A DNA stretch of 64,000 nucleotides from TPA_inf: Saccharomyces (GCA_000146045.2 BK006948.2:512001-576000); one strand, 5' to 3'. Shown: positions 42,824-54,876, counted from the stretch's first letter. Notes: generated from the sequence alone by a model not told the origin. A program made the numbers and translations.

Positions 42824-45800
42824 CTACTTTAGAATTCTTTTCAATGGCTCAATATCACCTTCTTGTCCTTGTTTGACATATACTAGGAAATATGGAGTTG
42901 CAGTGTTACCCTCATTGAAATTGAAGACCTCCTCTTCCTGGACCTCACTGATGGTTTCATCATTGTACTTCCTCCAAATTCCATTGCGATTTCTGTCCTT
43001 GATATATATCCAATAGTGACCATAACTGGCCTCGCCGCGATGAATAAAAACCGAAAACAGTGAGTAACCATATTCCTTGAAATCGTCAAATTGATGGCTT
43101 ATTTTCTCTTCCAAACTGTTGATATCATTGTATAATTTCATCAATTCATTATCGATATTTTGAACGTTGTTTCTCAGCGTCTTTATCACATCATTAGCAG
43201 CCTCAATTTTTAAAGGAGTTTTCTTTATGGTATCCGATTCCAATAGCTTGATACTCTCCAAAAATGCATCCTTCCTTGTAAGCCCTGAATCATCACGACT
43301 CAAAAGCTCTCTTTGTCTATTTTTCATTACCTTCAACTTTTGCTTCATTTCTTCTGTTTCTTTCTTTTTTGCCAACAATAAAGGGTTCTCTGTATCCGCG
43401 TATCTGTCCATGTAAATAACTTCTTTGAATGGTAAGGGCTCAATGGATTTAAACGGCATTAATCTTTCACGATCGTAATAAACTCTTTGGATTTGTACCT
43501 GCAAAATAGTAGGAAAAGTTGTAACAGCAACGGTACGTATAACATCACCATACTCTTCCATTGTCAGATATTCGTCTTTAAAATAAGAATCAAACGCATC
43601 ATAAATATCTTTAGGATGATCGCCAATATTTATCAGTAACGATAGGAATCTTTCAACTTTCGTACGGACTTTATTTGTTGCGGACAAAGGAACAATACTT
43701 TGTTTAGTAGTACCATAAAATAGTTGCTTAACCAAGTCATATTGCTCGTTGTCTTCATCATATCGGATAGGCTCTGAACCGCTTTCTATCTGAAATAACA
43801 CGTTTCCTATGCATTCAGTAACATCTTGTTGCCTACCCATTTCCAAAGCATTTTCTAATTGATCAGAACTGATTTTTGCCACACGCGTAGGTGAAGTTAA
43901 TCCTGTTGTATCTTCGTTCTCACTTACTTCAGCATCATTCGATTCATTTTTTTTTCTGTTCGCATCTGTACCAACATCGCCATTAAGGCCATCTTCCATT
44001 TCTAAATCAATCAGGCTTGTATCCTTTATTTTTGTAGTAAATGCGTCATCCGTTGTTTCCTTCTTTGAATCCGAAAGAACTCCTGTTTGATCAACTACTT
44101 TATTGCCTTCCACTTCAAATTCTACTTCAACATTACTTGGAGCAAATGCCAAATATGCTAGCTCTTTTGAGGGTGTTACACATCTTTCTCTTGTATGAAC
44201 CATCGCATAGAAAAGGTTGCGAAGTTGGTATATGAATTGAATAGATCTTTCCACTTCGCCTCTACTAATTTCTCTTCCACCAATTCTTCTAATATGCCCA
44301 CTATTAGAGAGGTGGTCATTGAAATTTTCTACCGTTTTTTGATATTCCAATACATATCTTCTTAGTGGCGCAATGGAAAAGTAATATTGTAATAAAGAAT
44401 TTAGGTAACAGGTGTTCCCGATATTATTAATGCCAGTTGGCCAATTTTCTGGCGGCAAGGAATTTGGATCTATCGTACCAGTTAGTAAGAAGTTGGTGAT
44501 TAAAGTTGAATTTCTTTCTATACTGATTTTGGTCAATGCTGCCCTCAAAATAAGAAATTGGTCAGGCTCATAAACGTTTTCATCAAACCACTTTTGTTTA
44601 AAGATTTTCAAAATGGTTTCGTCAGAGGCATTTTCATTCACTTGAAGAAGCTTCAATGCCTCTTGGTAATCAAGCTTCTCTGGACCATAATAGTTGGAAA
44701 ACTGTGGGCATTCCTCTGTTAAAAAATTGAACAAATCAAGGCTTCTTTTACTGATAGCAATGGTGTAAAGTGCTCTATCACAATCCAACTTTAATCCGGG
44801 AGAGTCGTTAATCTTGACCGAATATGCAGTTTTTATAATGTCTTCATCAACAGACTCGTCAATTGAAAGTGTGTCGTATGCCTGGGATAAAGCTCTGTAG
44901 GGCTCATGATCGACGTAAAATTTTAGTTTGTCAGATTTGGTATATTTGGCCAACAATCTTAGAGCATTTTTCAAATTTGTTAGGTGATTAGAGGTTACTT
45001 GGCTCTTATTTGATGTTTCATATTTGTAAATAGATAGCAAAGTCGCCTCATTTAATTCGGAGATGTTACACTCTTTAGGGTTAATTTTAAACATTAACAA
45101 AGCATTTTCTAGAGCTTCTTGGCCTATAATGTCCTGTTTTCCACAGTAAGCAATCAATTGATATGCCCCCTTCCTATTTGCAATGTATGTCAGTGCGTCA
45201 AAATACAGCCCAATATTTTCAGGATCCAAAGAAGACAAAGATTCGTAGTTTCTGATTATATCTCTATCGGTATAATAATGCGAAACGGAAAGATTAATAA
45301 AATGAGGTTCTGCGTCCAAAGGCGAATGAGTTTGCTCATTGGAATTTAATAGAATCCTTGCTCTGGATTCTCCCAATAAATGGAACCAAGGTAGTGTTGA
45401 GAAAGAAGTTTGTAATGAAGACATTCCCTTTACGCTTTTCGTATTTTTCAAGGGAGAATTAGGTGCCAGTAATGAGGTAGATAGTTGACCCCAAAATATC
45501 AGTTGTAAACACTTCCTCACAAACGATTCTCGAATTTTTCTTGTCTCCAAATCGTTTACATAGTCCACCATATCTGGAGGGACGTATTCAGTAAATATCT
45601 CATTAGTTTCCTCATCGATTTCTGAGCTTGCTTGAAATCCATACTTGGACGTTAACCATTCAGGATTCAGGTGAGTGTTAAGGGCCAAATTTCCAGAATC
45701 AATTGTCTTTGTAGGTTCCGCTTTACTTTTCCTCGTCAAAGGCCCTTTAAAAATTTTAAAAAGTGTGTAAAAACAGTCAACTTGAGATGGCGTCTCGCTT

Positions 45801-46642
45801 TTATCTAGTGATTCATTTTTTACACACATAGCATTGTATCTCTTCTTAATTGCGTCGGCAGTAAAACTCTCATGCTCTTCAGGTGAATTAAACTCGGGTT
45901 TAAAAATTTCAATCAAGATCAGTTTGTTAGTATCATCAGAAACGTAAATACCGTAATCCAACAAATTAGGATCGGAAGAATCAAAAGTCGAAAGGTCTAC
46001 TCGATCGTATTCGTGCAAATGATCTAGTGAGTGGAATTGAGTAACACCGACATGCTTCTTCAACCGCTCCAGTTCTTGGCGGACTTTTACGCTAACCTTA
46101 AGATGATAAATAGGAATTTTAACAATATCATCAAAAGTTGAAATTTGCTGTTCTGCCAGTGATGGATTAAAGATGACCGCCTGAAATACATGTATTTTAT
46201 TATATTTTGGGCATGAAATGGAATCATACTCGGATTTTGTTTGAAAAACCACTTGATCAGTTAATGAACCCAAGCAGTTAGGGCGAATACTACTTCTGAA
46301 AGTTGAGTAAGAAAGCATAGACTCTTTTAAAATACCCCTCGATTGCAGGCCCTTTTGCATGACCTTCGGGTCTGTAGAATTGAGAAAAATAGTATCGCAA
46401 AGTATATCGTCCAAAAGTCTGTCAGAAGTCTTCAGTGGTAGGTTGGTGGCAATATCTGGATACAGTAAGTGTTTTCCATCGTCAACATCTCCAGGGGTAG
46501 ACTGCTGGTTTATACTTGTCCCGTATAATGGGAGGTCTTCTATAACAGACCCATTTCTGTCAGCATTTTCTTTATCCTGGTTTAGTAGTTGATTATGATG
46601 GTTCTCAATTGCTTTTTGAAGTTCATTATCTTCGTTCGGCAT
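42824..46642 (-). CDS. UBP2: Ubiquitin-specific protease (UCH/USP family), 1272 aa.
   Basis: C-terminal USP domain with a Cys box (GINNIGNTCYLNSLLQYYF) and a His box (YSLFSVFIHRGEASYGHYWIY). Length matches YOR124C. Confidence 0.9.
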   Translation of the reverse strand: MPNEDNELQKAIENHHNQLLNQDKENADRNGSVIEDLPLYGTSINQQSTPGDVDDGKHLLYPDIATNLPLKTSDRLLDDILCDTIFLNSTDPKVMQKGLQSRGILKESMLSYSTFRSSIRPNCLGSLTDQVVFQTKSEYDSISCPKYNKIHVFQAVIFNPSLAEQQISTFDDIVKIPIYHLKVSVKVRQELERLKKHVGVTQFHSLDHLHEYDRVDLSTFDSSDPNLLDYGIYVSDDTNKLILIEIFKPEFNSPEEHESFTADAIKKRYNAMCVKNESLDKSETPSQVDCFYTLFKIFKGPLTRKSKAEPTKTIDSGNLALNTHLNPEWLTSKYGFQASSEIDEETNEIFTEYVPPDMVDYVNDLETRKIRESFVRKCLQLIFWGQLSTSLLAPNSPLKNTKSVKGMSSLQTSFSTLPWFHLLGESRARILLNSNEQTHSPLDAEPHFINLSVSHYYTDRDIIRNYESLSSLDPENIGLYFDALTYIANRKGAYQLIAYCGKQDIIGQEALENALLMFKINPKECNISELNEATLLSIYKYETSNKSQVTSNHLTNLKNALRLLAKYTKSDKLKFYVDHEPYRALSQAYDTLSIDESVDEDIIKTAYSVKINDSPGLKLDCDRALYTIAISKRSLDLFNFLTEECPQFSNYYGPEKLDYQEALKLLQVNENASDETILKIFKQKWFDENVYEPDQFLILRAALTKISIERNSTLITNFLLTGTIDPNSLPPENWPTGINNIGNTCYLNSLLQYYFSIAPLRRYVLEYQKTVENFNDHLSNSGHIRRIGGREISRGEVERSIQFIYQLRNLFYAMVHTRERCVTPSKELAYLAFAPSNVEVEFEVEGNKVVDQTGVLSDSKKETTDDAFTTKIKDTSLIDLEMEDGLNGDVGTDANRKKNESNDAEVSENEDTTGLTSPTRVAKISSDQLENALEMGRQQDVTECIGNVLFQIESGSEPIRYDEDNEQYDLVKQLFYGTTKQSIVPLSATNKVRTKVERFLSLLINIGDHPKDIYDAFDSYFKDEYLTMEEYGDVIRTVAVTTFPTILQVQIQRVYYDRERLMPFKSIEPLPFKEVIYMDRYADTENPLLLAKKKETEEMKQKLKVMKNRQRELLSRDDSGLTRKDAFLESIKLLESDTIKKTPLKIEAANDVIKTLRNNVQNIDNELMKLYNDINSLEEKISHQFDDFKEYGYSLFSVFIHRGEASYGHYWIYIKDRNRNGIWRKYNDETISEVQEEEVFNFNEGNTATPYFLVYVKQGQEGDIEPLKRILK

Positions 46643-47029
46643 TTCCTTATACCTTCTTAACCTTGAACAAAAGCTTTCTTTTTAATTACCACTTTATTAT
46701 TAGCAGTGGCCCCGTTTTTATGCAATGTTCTTCCAATGGCAAGCCGCTTGTTTTTTTCAAGCTATATGTACTATAGTTTTGCTCTAATTAACTGTTACTC
46801 TTGTTAAAGATCCAGTTTGTACTCACCCTTAGACTATGAACCCATACCCCATTTACATAATTATAGACAGTGTATCTATTCCTGTCATATTGGTCATATA
46901 GCGTTAAAATGCGTAAGGATGATACATAATTTTATACATGATAGTTTAATTAGGACATTTATCAAACCGTTTTCCTTTCAATTCTCCTTTTCTGGCATAA
47001 CGCGACTGATGTATGCCACTTTCTGGTGG

Positions 47030-47731
47030 TTAAATTCTTTCGGCACTCCATATAGCTACTCTGCAAATCGTTTTAATACCTTCAGTGATAACTGTATATG
47101 GAACTGCCATATACGAATCATGCTTGATAGCGGTGTCTAGATGCTCTAGCTCGTCATCCCTGAACTGTTGGATAGTAGAAGTTAAGGATTTGATTTCCTC
47201 ACTTGGACCCTTTGTTCCATCTGTTCTTTCTAAATTGAATTGATTGGCCAAGTTTCGCAATTGGCCATTGTAGTGCCCTCCGATTACTGTCTCGACAGCT
47301 TCAGTACAAGCCATAGCTGCTTCTGGAGAAATCAATGCGGTACCAGCCCCCATTGCAAAGGCTCCTGCCTTCCACAAAGGCGTTAATAAGGAAGGCCTGA
47401 CTCTCCTTTTCAATTGCAAATTGTTAAAAGTATTATGATGATGTATCTCCTGGTCCCATATGTGCTTTAGCACAGGTTTCAAGTGAGGGTACCTATGAGC
47501 CAACACGAAGTACTGGCCAGCGTAGATGTAGTCTGCACCTAATTCGCCAGCTTGATCTACACGAATAACACGGTCCAAAAATGCAGCCTGAGCATCTGAT
47601 AAATTCTGACACTTGGGAGCATGCTCAGGTTTTTCGGTGTGTTTTGCTGATGTATGTTCTGTTATCTTTAAAGATGATAAGACGGAAAAGCCTCTGCTGG
47701 CAGGTTTGAAAACTGAAACACGGGATAACAT
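47030..47731 (-). CDS. CAT5: Ubiquinone biosynthesis di-iron monooxygenase (5-demethoxyubiquinone hydroxylase), 233 aa.
   Basis: COQ7 di-iron carboxylate motifs (E...ExxH pairs: DQEIHHH, DDELEHLD). The ORF track extends 39 codons upstream; I chose the internal Met (MLSRVSVF...) that gives a mitochondrial presequence and the expected 233 aa. Confidence 0.8.
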   Translation of the reverse strand: MLSRVSVFKPASRGFSVLSSLKITEHTSAKHTEKPEHAPKCQNLSDAQAAFLDRVIRVDQAGELGADYIYAGQYFVLAHRYPHLKPVLKHIWDQEIHHHNTFNNLQLKRRVRPSLLTPLWKAGAFAMGAGTALISPEAAMACTEAVETVIGGHYNGQLRNLANQFNLERTDGTKGPSEEIKSLTSTIQQFRDDELEHLDTAIKHDSYMAVPYTVITEGIKTICRVAIWSAERI

Positions 47732-47960
47732 AATTTCTATGTATCTCTCCCGTATACGTGATATCTTTATTCCTTGAATTGGTTTGGAGGAGAAGATAAC
47801 GACGTTTTCACAAGAATAAAACTCTCGTCTGTAAAAATAAGGAAACATGTTTTATAGATTTCTATTGTTTTTTTTCCTGAAAATCCCGTATATGAAAAAT
47901 TATACAGTTGCTTAAAAGTTAGGGAAATATAGACAGAGTACGTACAAAGGATTACTGCAT

Positions 47961-48677
47961 TCAAGACATTATGTTAGATCCATCATCTAGCACATCTCTC
48001 CAATCTTTCAGTTTGTACTGCATGTTTTTGGGATGATATTGGGGGTAGAATGTCTCAATGACCTTCAATAATTCGTCATGAAAAATTTTGTACCCTTTTC
48101 CGGAAAAGTGCAGTCCATCTGTTAGCAGTTGTTGCCAAGCATCACCACCTTCCTGTTGAAACGCCTTATTCAAAGCCACGAAGGGAACTTTTTCCTCATT
48201 GGCTAGTTTTGCTAAGGCATCGGAATAAATGGCAAAGTTCTCGTTGGTACGGAAGTATCCGAGAGCTATTTCTTCAGATTTTTCTTTTTCCCACTTCTCT
48301 CTATCTACTAGCCCCGGTCCTATTATAATAGGACGGATATGGTAAGACTTCATCAAAGATACCATTTGACGAATATTATCGATAAATTCGGGGAGGGGGA
48401 CACTTTGGGGACCTGCTGAGCATGCATCGTTGGCACCCAAAAATATTGTGGCCATGACAATATTGGATTCATGCTTTAAAATCTCAGGAAGTATTTTCAA
48501 CGCCCATCTAGAAGTGTACCCTTTGAACCCTCTTTGAAGAATATCCATTTTTCTCGTATATTCGTTGACTAATGCGGCTCCAAGAGCATACTGATCTTTG
48601 CCATCTTCAATGGGCCTAGTATTAAAAGCAAATTCAGTAATGGAATCCCCAAATAACAGAAACTTCTCGTAATCCAT
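47961..48677 (-). CDS. IAH1: SGNH/GDSL-family isoamyl acetate esterase, 238 aa.
   Basis: N-terminal GDS motif (LLFGDSITEF) and a C-terminal DGLH catalytic His block (LTDGLHFSGKGY). Confidence 0.85.
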   Translation of the reverse strand: MDYEKFLLFGDSITEFAFNTRPIEDGKDQYALGAALVNEYTRKMDILQRGFKGYTSRWALKILPEILKHESNIVMATIFLGANDACSAGPQSVPLPEFIDNIRQMVSLMKSYHIRPIIIGPGLVDREKWEKEKSEEIALGYFRTNENFAIYSDALAKLANEEKVPFVALNKAFQQEGGDAWQQLLTDGLHFSGKGYKIFHDELLKVIETFYPQYHPKNMQYKLKDWRDVLDDGSNIMS

Positions 48678-49169
48678 ATTTGGTCACAGTTTAAGCGTAC
48701 GAACAGATGATAATGTAGAGGCTAGTTCTTGGTTTCGTATGTGTTACCACGATGAGAAGGTGTAAAGTGCCCTTATTATTGCGCGCTTTATGCCGTATTA
48801 GGAAAAATGAAAAAAAAAAAAAGGCAGTTCTCGAGTTTAGATTTGATATAATTAACGTGTGCTTTTCTCTATTGACCTTTGATGAGATTGTATCAGCCAA
48901 CTGGCTAATTCATTGAACGTTTTCCAAGGGTAGGACTGCTCAAACAGACTAAATTTCTTTGCCAAATAGGGTGTTTTGAGTTTTGATCAGTCAACATTCT
49001 TGATCAATTCACAGTTGCTTAAAATAGAAAAAAAAATTGATCGGTATCACTAAAATTTTTAAGAAACTGAAAAGCACCACGGTTTTGACATTTATCTCTA
49101 TTATAGCTTTTTGTACAAGACAAGGATAGCTGATTCAGGTACTAGTGGTGGAGAGAGCGGCATATTAAA

Positions 49170-52100
49170 ATGGCATCAACTGCTCCCAATGAACAATTTC
49201 CATCCTGCGTACGATGCAAAGAATTTATTACCACGGGGCATGCATATGAGTTGGGTTGTGATAGATGGCACACACATTGTTTCGCTTGTTACAAATGTGA
49301 GAAACCATTAAGCTGCGAATCTGATTTTTTAGTCCTTGGAACAGGTGCTTTGATCTGCTTTGATTGTTCCGATTCTTGTAAAAATTGCGGTAAAAAGATT
49401 GATGATTTGGCCATAATACTGTCCTCTTCAAATGAGGCCTATTGTTCAGATTGTTTTAAATGCTGTAAATGTGGTGAAAATATTGCTGACCTACGGTACG
49501 CGAAAACCAAGCGAGGTTTATTCTGTTTAAGCTGTCACGAAAAGCTATTAGCCAAACGAAAATACTACGAAGAGAAGAAAAGGCGACTCAAAAAGAATTT
49601 ACCAAGTTTACCCACACCTGTGATTGATAATGGCCATACTGATGAGGTCTCAGCTTCTGCAGTCCTCCCAGAAAAAACATTTAGCAGACCTGCATCACTA
49701 GTTAATGAGATTCCTTCAGGTTCTGAACCTTCCAAGGACATAGAAACCAATTCGAGTGATATTGTTCCGCATTTTATCACTGGGTATAACGATAGCGATG
49801 ACAACTCTGGAAGTTCAAAATTCGGTTCAAATGTGTCCATAGATGTTATAGGACCGGAAGAAAATAGCACGGAGCATGTAAATGATGATGTTAAAGAGGA
49901 AGCAGAAGCACCTTCAGCGAATATGTCACTCAATGTTGCTACGGATCCAACCCTAAGTTGTAAAGAACCTCCTAGCCATTCGAGGAATTTGTTAAATAAA
50001 ACACCGTTGAGAAATTCTTCGGGTCAGTATCTCGCAAAATCTCCAAGCTCCTATAGACAGGGAATAATTGTTAACGATAGTCTGGAAGAGAGCGATCAAA
50101 TTGATCCTCCAAATAACAGTTCACGAAATGCAAGTGAATTGTTGACCTCGGTATTGCATAGCCCAGTTTCTGTTAATATGAAAAATCCGAAGGGTTCAAA
50201 TACGGATATTTTCAACACCGGTGAAATATCCCAAATGGATCCTTCGCTATCAAGGAAAGTATTGAATAATATTGTCGAAGAAACAAACGCACTTCAAAGG
50301 CCAGTTGTTGAAGTTGTCAAGGAAGACAGAAGTGTTCCTGACCTAGCAGGTGTTCAGCAAGAGCAAGCAGAGAAATATTCCTATTCAAACAATAGTGGAA
50401 AAGGCAGAAAAATTTCAAGATCATTGTCACGAAGGTCCAAAGATTTGATGATTAATCTAAAATCCAGAGCCACAGGCAAACAGGATAGTAACGTTAAACT
50501 TTCACCTGCTTCTAAAGTGACATCTAGACGCTCACAAGATTTAATGAGGGATAATGATTCACATACCGGCCTTGACACACCAAATTCTAACAGCACTTCT
50601 TTAGATATTTTGGTGAATAATCAAAAAAGCCTAAACTATAAAAGATTTACCGATAATGGCACTCTTAGGGTGACTAGTGGAAAGGAAACCGCCCTTGAAG
50701 AACAGAAGAATCACAGTTTTAAATCTCCGTCACCAATTGATCATTTGTTACAATCGCCAGCTACACCAAGTAATGTATCCATGTATCGAACTCCGCCTTT
50801 AGATAGCTCATTGACATTTGATAGGCGGAATGGGTCTTCATACAGTAACCAAAATTATAGCATACCTAGTTGGCAGAAAACTCCAAAGACCCAATTGGAG
50901 AATAGCGACAATTTTGAGGAACAGAAGGAAACACTTTACGAAAATAGCGAATCTAGAAACGATCCCTCGCTTGATAAAGAAATTGTCACGGCAGAGCACT
51001 ATCTGAAGCAATTAAAAATAAATTTGAAAGAACTTGAATCTCAAAGGGAAGAATTAATGAAAGAGATCACTGAAATGAAGTCTATGAAAGAGGCTCTACG
51101 CCGACATATTGAATCCTATAATAGCGAGAAAAATAAACTATATCTTGACTCCAATGAATTATCAAATAATCCACCGATGATAAATGAAATCAGCTTAGGT
51201 GAGTCGCCACCCGTGAAACATGTTGCAACTGCAAGTTCTGTAGCGCGAAGTTCTGTTAAACCAAAATTTTGGAAGTTTTTTTCATCTGCAAAGCCACAGA
51301 CCGAGCAATCTATACAAGGTGTCAGTACAAATAATACAAATTCCATCGTTAAAAGTGCCCCAGTTTTGCTTTCTGCTCCCTCATCTGGTAGTAATTCCGG
51401 CCGTTTAGAAATTTCACCACCTGTGCTACAAAATCCTAATGAATTTAGTGACGTTAGATTAGTACCTATCGAGAACGATGCAAATATGGGACAAAGTAAA
51501 GATGGAGAAGAATATTTGGATGGAAGCAATTTGTATGGTTCAAGTCTCGTTGCTAGGTGCAATTATGAAAACAATGAAATACCGATGATACTATCTGTCT
51601 GCATAGATTTTATTGAATCAGACGAAGAAAATATGAGATCGGAGGGCATTTATAGAAAATCAGGTTCCCAGCTAGTCATAGAAGAAATAGAAAAGCAATT
51701 TTCTGCATGGAAAGTACAACAAAATACCGAAACGCCAAATATTTTAACGGAACAAGATCTCAACGTTGTTACTGGTGTGTTGAAGCGATACTTAAGAAAG
51801 CTCCCCAACCCTATCTTTACCTTTCAAATATACGAGCCGTTGATGAGGTTAGTTAAATCTAAAAAAATGATGGAAAACTTGCCATTTGTTGGAGGAAAGT
51901 TGTCCTTAGAAGCAAAGAATTCGGACACTTATATGTCGAGCAAGAGCGCTTTAAAAAACATATTGGAAGACCTTCCAAGGGAACATTATAGGGTGTTAAG
52001 AGTACTGAGTGAACATATAGAAAAGGTTACACGGTACAGTCACTGGAATCGAATGACGCTTTATAATTTGGCTTTAGTTTTTGCTCCAGGTTTGATTCGT

Positions 52101-52193
52101 GATTTCAGTGGAGAAAAGGATATTATTGATATGAAAGAAAGAAACTATATTGTCGCATTTATATTTGGGAACTACAAAGATATCCTGACGTAG
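49170..52193 (+). CDS. RGA1: Rho-GAP for Cdc42 with two N-terminal LIM domains, 1007 aa.
   Basis: Two LIM zinc-finger domains (CVRCKEF...HTHCFACYKC...; CKNCGKKI...CSDCFKCCKCG...CLSCHEK). A C-terminal RhoGAP domain with an arginine finger (GIYRKSG). Long Ser-rich linker. Confidence 0.9.
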   Translation: MASTAPNEQFPSCVRCKEFITTGHAYELGCDRWHTHCFACYKCEKPLSCESDFLVLGTGALICFDCSDSCKNCGKKIDDLAIILSSSNEAYCSDCFKCCKCGENIADLRYAKTKRGLFCLSCHEKLLAKRKYYEEKKRRLKKNLPSLPTPVIDNGHTDEVSASAVLPEKTFSRPASLVNEIPSGSEPSKDIETNSSDIVPHFITGYNDSDDNSGSSKFGSNVSIDVIGPEENSTEHVNDDVKEEAEAPSANMSLNVATDPTLSCKEPPSHSRNLLNKTPLRNSSGQYLAKSPSSYRQGIIVNDSLEESDQIDPPNNSSRNASELLTSVLHSPVSVNMKNPKGSNTDIFNTGEISQMDPSLSRKVLNNIVEETNALQRPVVEVVKEDRSVPDLAGVQQEQAEKYSYSNNSGKGRKISRSLSRRSKDLMINLKSRATGKQDSNVKLSPASKVTSRRSQDLMRDNDSHTGLDTPNSNSTSLDILVNNQKSLNYKRFTDNGTLRVTSGKETALEEQKNHSFKSPSPIDHLLQSPATPSNVSMYRTPPLDSSLTFDRRNGSSYSNQNYSIPSWQKTPKTQLENSDNFEEQKETLYENSESRNDPSLDKEIVTAEHYLKQLKINLKELESQREELMKEITEMKSMKEALRRHIESYNSEKNKLYLDSNELSNNPPMINEISLGESPPVKHVATASSVARSSVKPKFWKFFSSAKPQTEQSIQGVSTNNTNSIVKSAPVLLSAPSSGSNSGRLEISPPVLQNPNEFSDVRLVPIENDANMGQSKDGEEYLDGSNLYGSSLVARCNYENNEIPMILSVCIDFIESDEENMRSEGIYRKSGSQLVIEEIEKQFSAWKVQQNTETPNILTEQDLNVVTGVLKRYLRKLPNPIFTFQIYEPLMRLVKSKKMMENLPFVGGKLSLEAKNSDTYMSSKSALKNILEDLPREHYRVLRVLSEHIEKVTRYSHWNRMTLYNLALVFAPGLIRDFSGEKDIIDMKERNYIVAFIFGNYKDILT

Positions 52194-52475
52194 CGCTATC
52201 CTCGGTTCTGCATTGAGCCGCCTTATATGAACTGTATCGAAACGTTATTTTTTTAATCGCAGACTTAAGCAGGTAATTATTCCTTGCTTCTTGTTACTGG
52301 ATATGTATGTATGTATAATAAGTGATCTTATGTATGAAATTCTTAAAAAAGGACACCTGTAAGCGTTGATTTCTATGTATGAAGTCCACATTTGATGTAA
52401 TCATAACAAAGCCTAAAAAATAGGTATATCATTTTATAATTATTTGCTGTACAAGTATATCAATAAACTTATATA

Positions 52476-54191
52476 TTACTTGTTTTCTAGATAAGCTTCG
52501 TAACCGACAGTTTCTAACTTTTGTGCTTTGACAAGAACTTCTTCTTCTTGCTTTAATAAAAACTGTTCCATTTTCGTTGTATAACTTGAATCATAAGCGC
52601 CAAGCAGTCTGACAGCCAACAGCGCAGCGTTCGTACTATTATTAATAGCGACGGTAGCTACTGGAACACCTCTAGGCATTTGCACAATTGAATGTAAAGA
52701 ATCTACTCCATCTAGACAAGAACCTTTTACGGGCACACCGATGACAGGAAGTGGTGTCATTGCAGCCACCATACCTGGCAAGTGAGCAGCCCCACCAGCT
52801 CCAGCGATAATTGTTTTAATTCCACGCTTGCTTGCGGAAATAGCATATGCTGACATCCTATGTGGAGTTCTATGAGCAGAGACTATTGTCACTTCAAATG
52901 GAACGCCAAAATCTTTTAAAACCGCACATGCGGCAGACATTACCGGCAAGTCAGAGTCTGATCCCATGATGATTCCAACCAATGGTTTGACCATTGCTTC
53001 CAAGTCCAACTTTTGAGCGACAGAGATTTTGATTGGAATATCAGTTCTACCTGTAATGTAGTTCAGCCTTTGTTCACATTCCGCCATACTGGAGGCAATA
53101 ATATTTATGTGACCTACTTTTCTGTTAGGTCTAGACTCTTTTCCATATAAGTACACTGAGGAACCTGGAGTCGCCAATGCTCTTTCGCAAGTTTCTAGCT
53201 CTTTATCTTTTGTATGTTTGTCTCCAAGAACATTTAGCATAATGGCGTTCGTTGTAATGGTGGAGAAAGATGTGAAATTCTTTGGCATTGGCAAATCCAA
53301 TATTGATCTCAAATGAGCTTCAAATTGAGAAGTGACGCAAGCATCAATGGTATAATGTCCAGAGTTGTGAGGCCTTGGGGCAATTTCGTTAATAAGCAAT
53401 TCCCCTGTTTCTAAATAGAACATTTCCACACCAAATATACCACAACCGGGAAAAGATTTGATTGCATTTTCTGCCAACAACTTCGCCTTAAGTTGAACGG
53501 AGTCCGGAACTCTAGCAGGCGCATAACATAAGTCACAAATATTGTCCTTGTGGATAGTCTCTACAATTGGGTAAGAAAACACTAAACCGTTAACAGATCT
53601 CACAATCATGACTGCTAATTCTTTAGTAAATGGTGCCCATTTTTCGGCGTACAAAGGACGATCCTTCAGTACTTCCAAAGCTTCCGGAATCATTTCCTTA
53701 TTCTTTACAACGAAGTTACCTCTTCCATCGTATGCCAAAGTCCTCGACTTCAAGACGAATGGAAAACCCAAATCTCTTCCAACATTCAATAGGGACGTCT
53801 CACTGGCTTGTTCCACAGGAACACTTTGGGTAACTGCTATACCATTTTTGATTAAATGCTCTTTTTGAATATATTTGTCTTGTATCAATCTGATTGTTTC
53901 TGGAGAAGGGTAAATTTTTAATTTGGGATGTTTTACTTGAAGATTCTTTAGTGTAGGAACATCAACATGCTCAATCTCAATCGTTAGCACATCACATTTT
54001 TCAGCTAGTTTTTCGATATCAAGAGGATTGGAAAAGGAGCCATTAACGTGGTCATTGGAGTTGCTTATTTGTTTGGCAGGAGAATTTTCAGCATCTAGTA
54101 TTACCGTCTTAATGTTGAGCCTGTTTGCTGCCTCAACAATCATACGTCCCAATTGTCCCCCTCCTAATATACCAACTGTTCTAGAATCCAT
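52476..54191 (-). CDS. ADE2: Phosphoribosylaminoimidazole carboxylase (fused PurK-PurE), 571 aa.
   Basis: N-terminal ATP-grasp PurK ([11 protein letters not shown]) and C-terminal PurE ([26 protein letters not shown]). Confidence 0.95.
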   Translation of the reverse strand: MDSRTVGILGGGQLGRMIVEAANRLNIKTVILDAENSPAKQISNSNDHVNGSFSNPLDIEKLAEKCDVLTIEIEHVDVPTLKNLQVKHPKLKIYPSPETIRLIQDKYIQKEHLIKNGIAVTQSVPVEQASETSLLNVGRDLGFPFVLKSRTLAYDGRGNFVVKNKEMIPEALEVLKDRPLYAEKWAPFTKELAVMIVRSVNGLVFSYPIVETIHKDNICDLCYAPARVPDSVQLKAKLLAENAIKSFPGCGIFGVEMFYLETGELLINEIAPRPHNSGHYTIDACVTSQFEAHLRSILDLPMPKNFTSFSTITTNAIMLNVLGDKHTKDKELETCERALATPGSSVYLYGKESRPNRKVGHINIIASSMAECEQRLNYITGRTDIPIKISVAQKLDLEAMVKPLVGIIMGSDSDLPVMSAACAVLKDFGVPFEVTIVSAHRTPHRMSAYAISASKRGIKTIIAGAGGAAHLPGMVAAMTPLPVIGVPVKGSCLDGVDSLHSIVQMPRGVPVATVAINNSTNAALLAVRLLGAYDSSYTTKMEQFLLKQEEEVLVKAQKLETVGYEAYLENK

Positions 54192-54338
54192 ACTTGATTG
54201 TTTTGTCCGATTTTCTTGTTTTTCTTGATTGTTATAGTAGGATGTACTTAGAAGAGAGATCCAACGATTTTACGCACCAATTTATACATGAAATGCTCCA
54301 TAATATTGTCCATTTAGTTCTTAATAAAAGGTCAGCAA

Positions 54339-54344
54339 GAGTCA
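54339..54344 (-). promoter_or_regulatory. TGACTC element (Gcn4/Bas1 site) in the ADE2 promoter, distal copy from this end.
   Basis: GAGTCA on the plus strand is TGACTC on the ADE2 coding strand, about 150 bp upstream of the ADE2 ATG. Confidence 0.55.
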
Positions 54345-54382
54345 ATCACTTAGTATTACCCGGTTCGTAGCCATGCAACAAG

Positions 54383-54388
54383 AGTCAT
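54383..54388 (-). promoter_or_regulatory. Second TGACTC element (Gcn4/Bas1 site) in the ADE2 promoter.
   Basis: A second plus-strand GAGTCA 44 bp from the first. Paired TGACTC motifs are typical of ADE-regulon promoters. Confidence 0.55.
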
Positions 54389-54876
54389 TTGTCAGCATAG
54401 CTGTAATAATCAATCATGACGTAAGAAATGTATCATAATTAAAAGTTGTTAAAGATGTCAGTGTTATGTTGGTGTTACAAAATTCTCGGCTTCTCACTAA
54501 TATTTAATATCTCTTAAATTTTATCTGTCTTTGATTCTTTTAAGAAAAGTTATGTATTATTCAAGAAAAAGTCAATTCCGCATCAAAAGGTAAAATTTAT
54601 ATAAACTGCTTTAAAATTTCATGAAACTAGGCAACTTTTCGAAATGATCTTTTTCGAGCATGAAGTTTCTTTTATAATAACCTGGTCAAAAGCTTTCAAT
54701 ATATAATACATTTGGTATTTACGGAAATGAGATGATATACTGGTAGTGCGCTAGTCAAGTTCTAATTAAATTAAAATGCAAAATAGTAATGTCAGATGGA
54801 CACATTGGGCGAAATAGCTAACCCATAAGCATGAATCCTGTAACTTATGTAATACGTTAATCACGATACGGCGTTA

